64,000 nt of DNA. Source: Camelus dromedarius (taxonomy: Eukaryota). This document shows positions 62,057 through 64,000 of this stretch, piece after piece (the first letter of the stretch is position 1; each line of letters opens with the position of its first letter). The stretch covers positions 44,020,001-44,084,000 of the forward strand of contig NC_087453.1 of assembly GCF_036321535.1 (NCBI RefSeq), given 5' to 3'. Under the pieces are notes generated by a model, which was not told where the DNA came from, made no database searches, and saw only the letters and a program-made list of their open reading frames with translations. The position numbers were made by a program, and so were the translations under genes.

Positions 62057-62763
62057 TTTTAAGAAATTGAAGCACAGTTGATTTACAATGTTGCATTAGT
62101 TTCTGGTGTACAGCATAGAGATTCAGTTATACATATATATTCTTTTTCATATTCTTTTTCATTATAGGTTATTGTAAGTTATCAAATATAGTTCCCTGTG
62201 CTCTACAATAGGTCCTTGTTGTTTATCTATTTTGTATATAACAGTTTGTATCTGCTAATCCCAAAATCCTAATTTATCCTTCCCCTCTTACCCCTTTTAG
62301 TAACCATAAGTTTGTTTTCTATGTCTGTGAGTCAGTTTCTGTTTTGTGTATCAGTTCATTTATGANNNNNNNNNNNNNNNNNNNNNNNNNNNNNNNNNNN
62401 NNNNNNNNNNNNNNNNNNNNNNNNNNNNNNNNNNNNNNNNNNNNNNNNNNNNNNNNNNNNNNNNNNNNNNNNNNNNNNNNNNNNNNNNNNNNNNNNNNNN
62501 NNNNNNNNNNNNNNNNNNNNNNNNNNNNNNNNNNNNNNNNNNNNNNGGGTGCATGTGTCTTTTCGAATTAGAGTTNNNNNNNNNNNNNNNNNNNNNNNNN
62601 NNNNNNNNNNNNNNNNNNNNNNNNNNNNNNNNNNNNNNNNNNNNNNNNNNNNNNNNNNNNNNNNNNNNNNNNNNNNNNNNNNNNNNNNNNNNNNNNNNNN
62701 NNNNNNNNNNNNNNNNNNNNNNNNNTCTCTGCAGCATTTATCATTTGTGGACTTTTTAATGAT
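62057..62763 (-). mobile_element. Cetartiodactyl L1 3' end, 5'-truncated, contains N-runs 62366-62546 and 62576-62725
   Basis: aattgaagcacagttgatttacaatg... 15-bp TSD cacaattta(a/g)ttttc at 62042-62056 and 62764-62778. Confidence 0.9.
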
Positions 62764-62979
62764 CACAATTTAGTTTTCAGTTCCTCTTTTTTCATTATTG
62801 TCAGCAACAATGTGTCTATGACTTCCCTTTTCCTGGCAGGGGGCTCTCTGGGTGGTCCCAGCAGCCGGAACCCCTTGATCCTGGGGCTGGAATGTGCCTC
62901 TCCAGCTACACAGTGCATCCCCCCTCCCACTCAAAGACCCGGAGATGCACATTCTCCACTGAGAGTCACTGCTCTAGAA

Positions 62980-63171
62980 CGTGGGTTAGCAAAAGTTTTC
63001 TTAAAGGGTCAGTAAACATTCCAGGCTTTGCCAGCCAACAGGCAAAATCGAGAACATAATGTAGGTATTTATGTAACCATTAAAAAATGTAAAAAACCAT
63101 TCTCGCTTATAGGCTATAAAAAAGCACGGACTGGCTGGATTTGGCTCATGCCCTGTAGTTTGCTGCCCCTG
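62980..63171. mobile_element. MER58-type hAT-Charlie MITE
   Basis: gggttagcaaaagttttcttaaagggtcag...gtagtttgctgcccctg. Charlie-type TSD ctctagaa (62972-62979) and ctctagac (63172-63179). Confidence 0.85.
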
Positions 63172-64000
63172 CTCTAGACTTGTCCAGTTCCGGACAGTCT
63201 TCTAGTTCTAGTGTGAATTTACTAATAAACAGATAAATTAACACACGTACACACACACACGTGCAGTGTAAGAAGTTAGGTAGTCGGCACGTGTGCATGT
63301 TTGACTGAGGGAAGCCGGGGGAGATGGCGTCTCATCTCCTACGAACCTGCTGTTGCCCTTGGCTTTTAAAAGCAACAGGCCCAGGAGTGGCTCCGTGTTC
63401 CTCCCCAGGCTGCCTCGTGCTGCTGTGCCCTCTCCGTTGGCCACGTGCCCCTTTCCTTGGTGGGCGGACACACACCAGTGATGCTGCTGTCCCCATGGGT
63501 GCTGTAGCTGCAGGGACACAGGAGCCCAGACTTGCCCACACCCTGTGCCTCCCTTACACGGCCTGTGATGTGTGCCTCGGGCAGCAGCTCTCCGGGGGTC
63601 TCGAGGTGGCGACGCTGCGAGCTGTTTGGAGGAGAAGTGGAAGGGAGGGCGGCGGAGTGGGCAGCGTTTTGGAAAACAGACATCAGGGAGTGTCAACGGG
63701 TTTGACTTCCTCTCTCTAAAGATGGGGTGCAGATGGGCTACAGGTAGGGCTGGTGTGGGGGAGGTAACCACCCGCGTTGTCCCCCGAGACAACCAGAGGA
63801 CACGGATTAGTGGAATAGATGACAGTGAAGCAGACTCAGGTTGAAGGAGCTGTTGTTTGTTTTAAGTAAAACCCTTGTCCCGGGCAGAATTTGGCACAGC
63901 CATCTGTCCTTCCAGTAGGGTGGCATCCAGACTGACCTTGACAGTTGACATCCAGTCTATTCTTTCCCATTTCTGGGCAAGGCATGTCTGTAATCTCCTT

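Noticed and set aside
1490-62766. ORFs with L1 ORF2-like peptides (1490-1717, 5489-6157, 42914-43276, 44113-44388, 49806-50036, 62356-62766)
   Set aside because: These are fragments of truncated or decayed L1 copies, not genes. ORFs running through N-runs are artefacts.
1-64000. CRISPR arrays, rRNA/tRNA/snRNA genes, prokaryotic systems
   Set aside because: The sequence is mammalian. I saw no spacer-repeat array and no recognisable structural RNA gene.

Overview
Mammalian genomic DNA, most likely camelid (alpaca/camel). This rests on the young L1 3' UTR family at 1.5-2.0 kb and 42.6-43.3 kb and the absence of recognisable ruminant or pig SINEs; the family calls are from memory, not a database search. 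I found no convincing protein-coding gene: the ORF track is explained by GC-rich chance ORFs and L1 ORF1/ORF2 remnants. The window looks intergenic or intronic and is dense in transposons (L1 of several ages, L2, MIR, MER5A/MER53/MER58/Arthur1/MER82-type DNA elements, ERV1/ERVL/MaLR solo LTRs). Six N-runs all lie inside L1 copies. The best-supported structural observations are two local inversions deduced from broken repeats. A ~1.35 kb inversion (44.73-46.08 kb) simultaneously rejoins a MER5A, an Arthur1 and an L2a when reversed. A ~200 bp inversion lies inside an old L1 ORF1 (58.56-58.76 kb) with inverted microhomology at both ends. Weaker signals are a candidate minus-strand spliced transcript (31.4-33.6 kb), a GC/G4-rich promoter-like region (10.4-11.5 kb), a GC/CpG-gain signature in ancient repeats, and a poly(A)-only insertion with a 14-bp target-site duplication (TSD).
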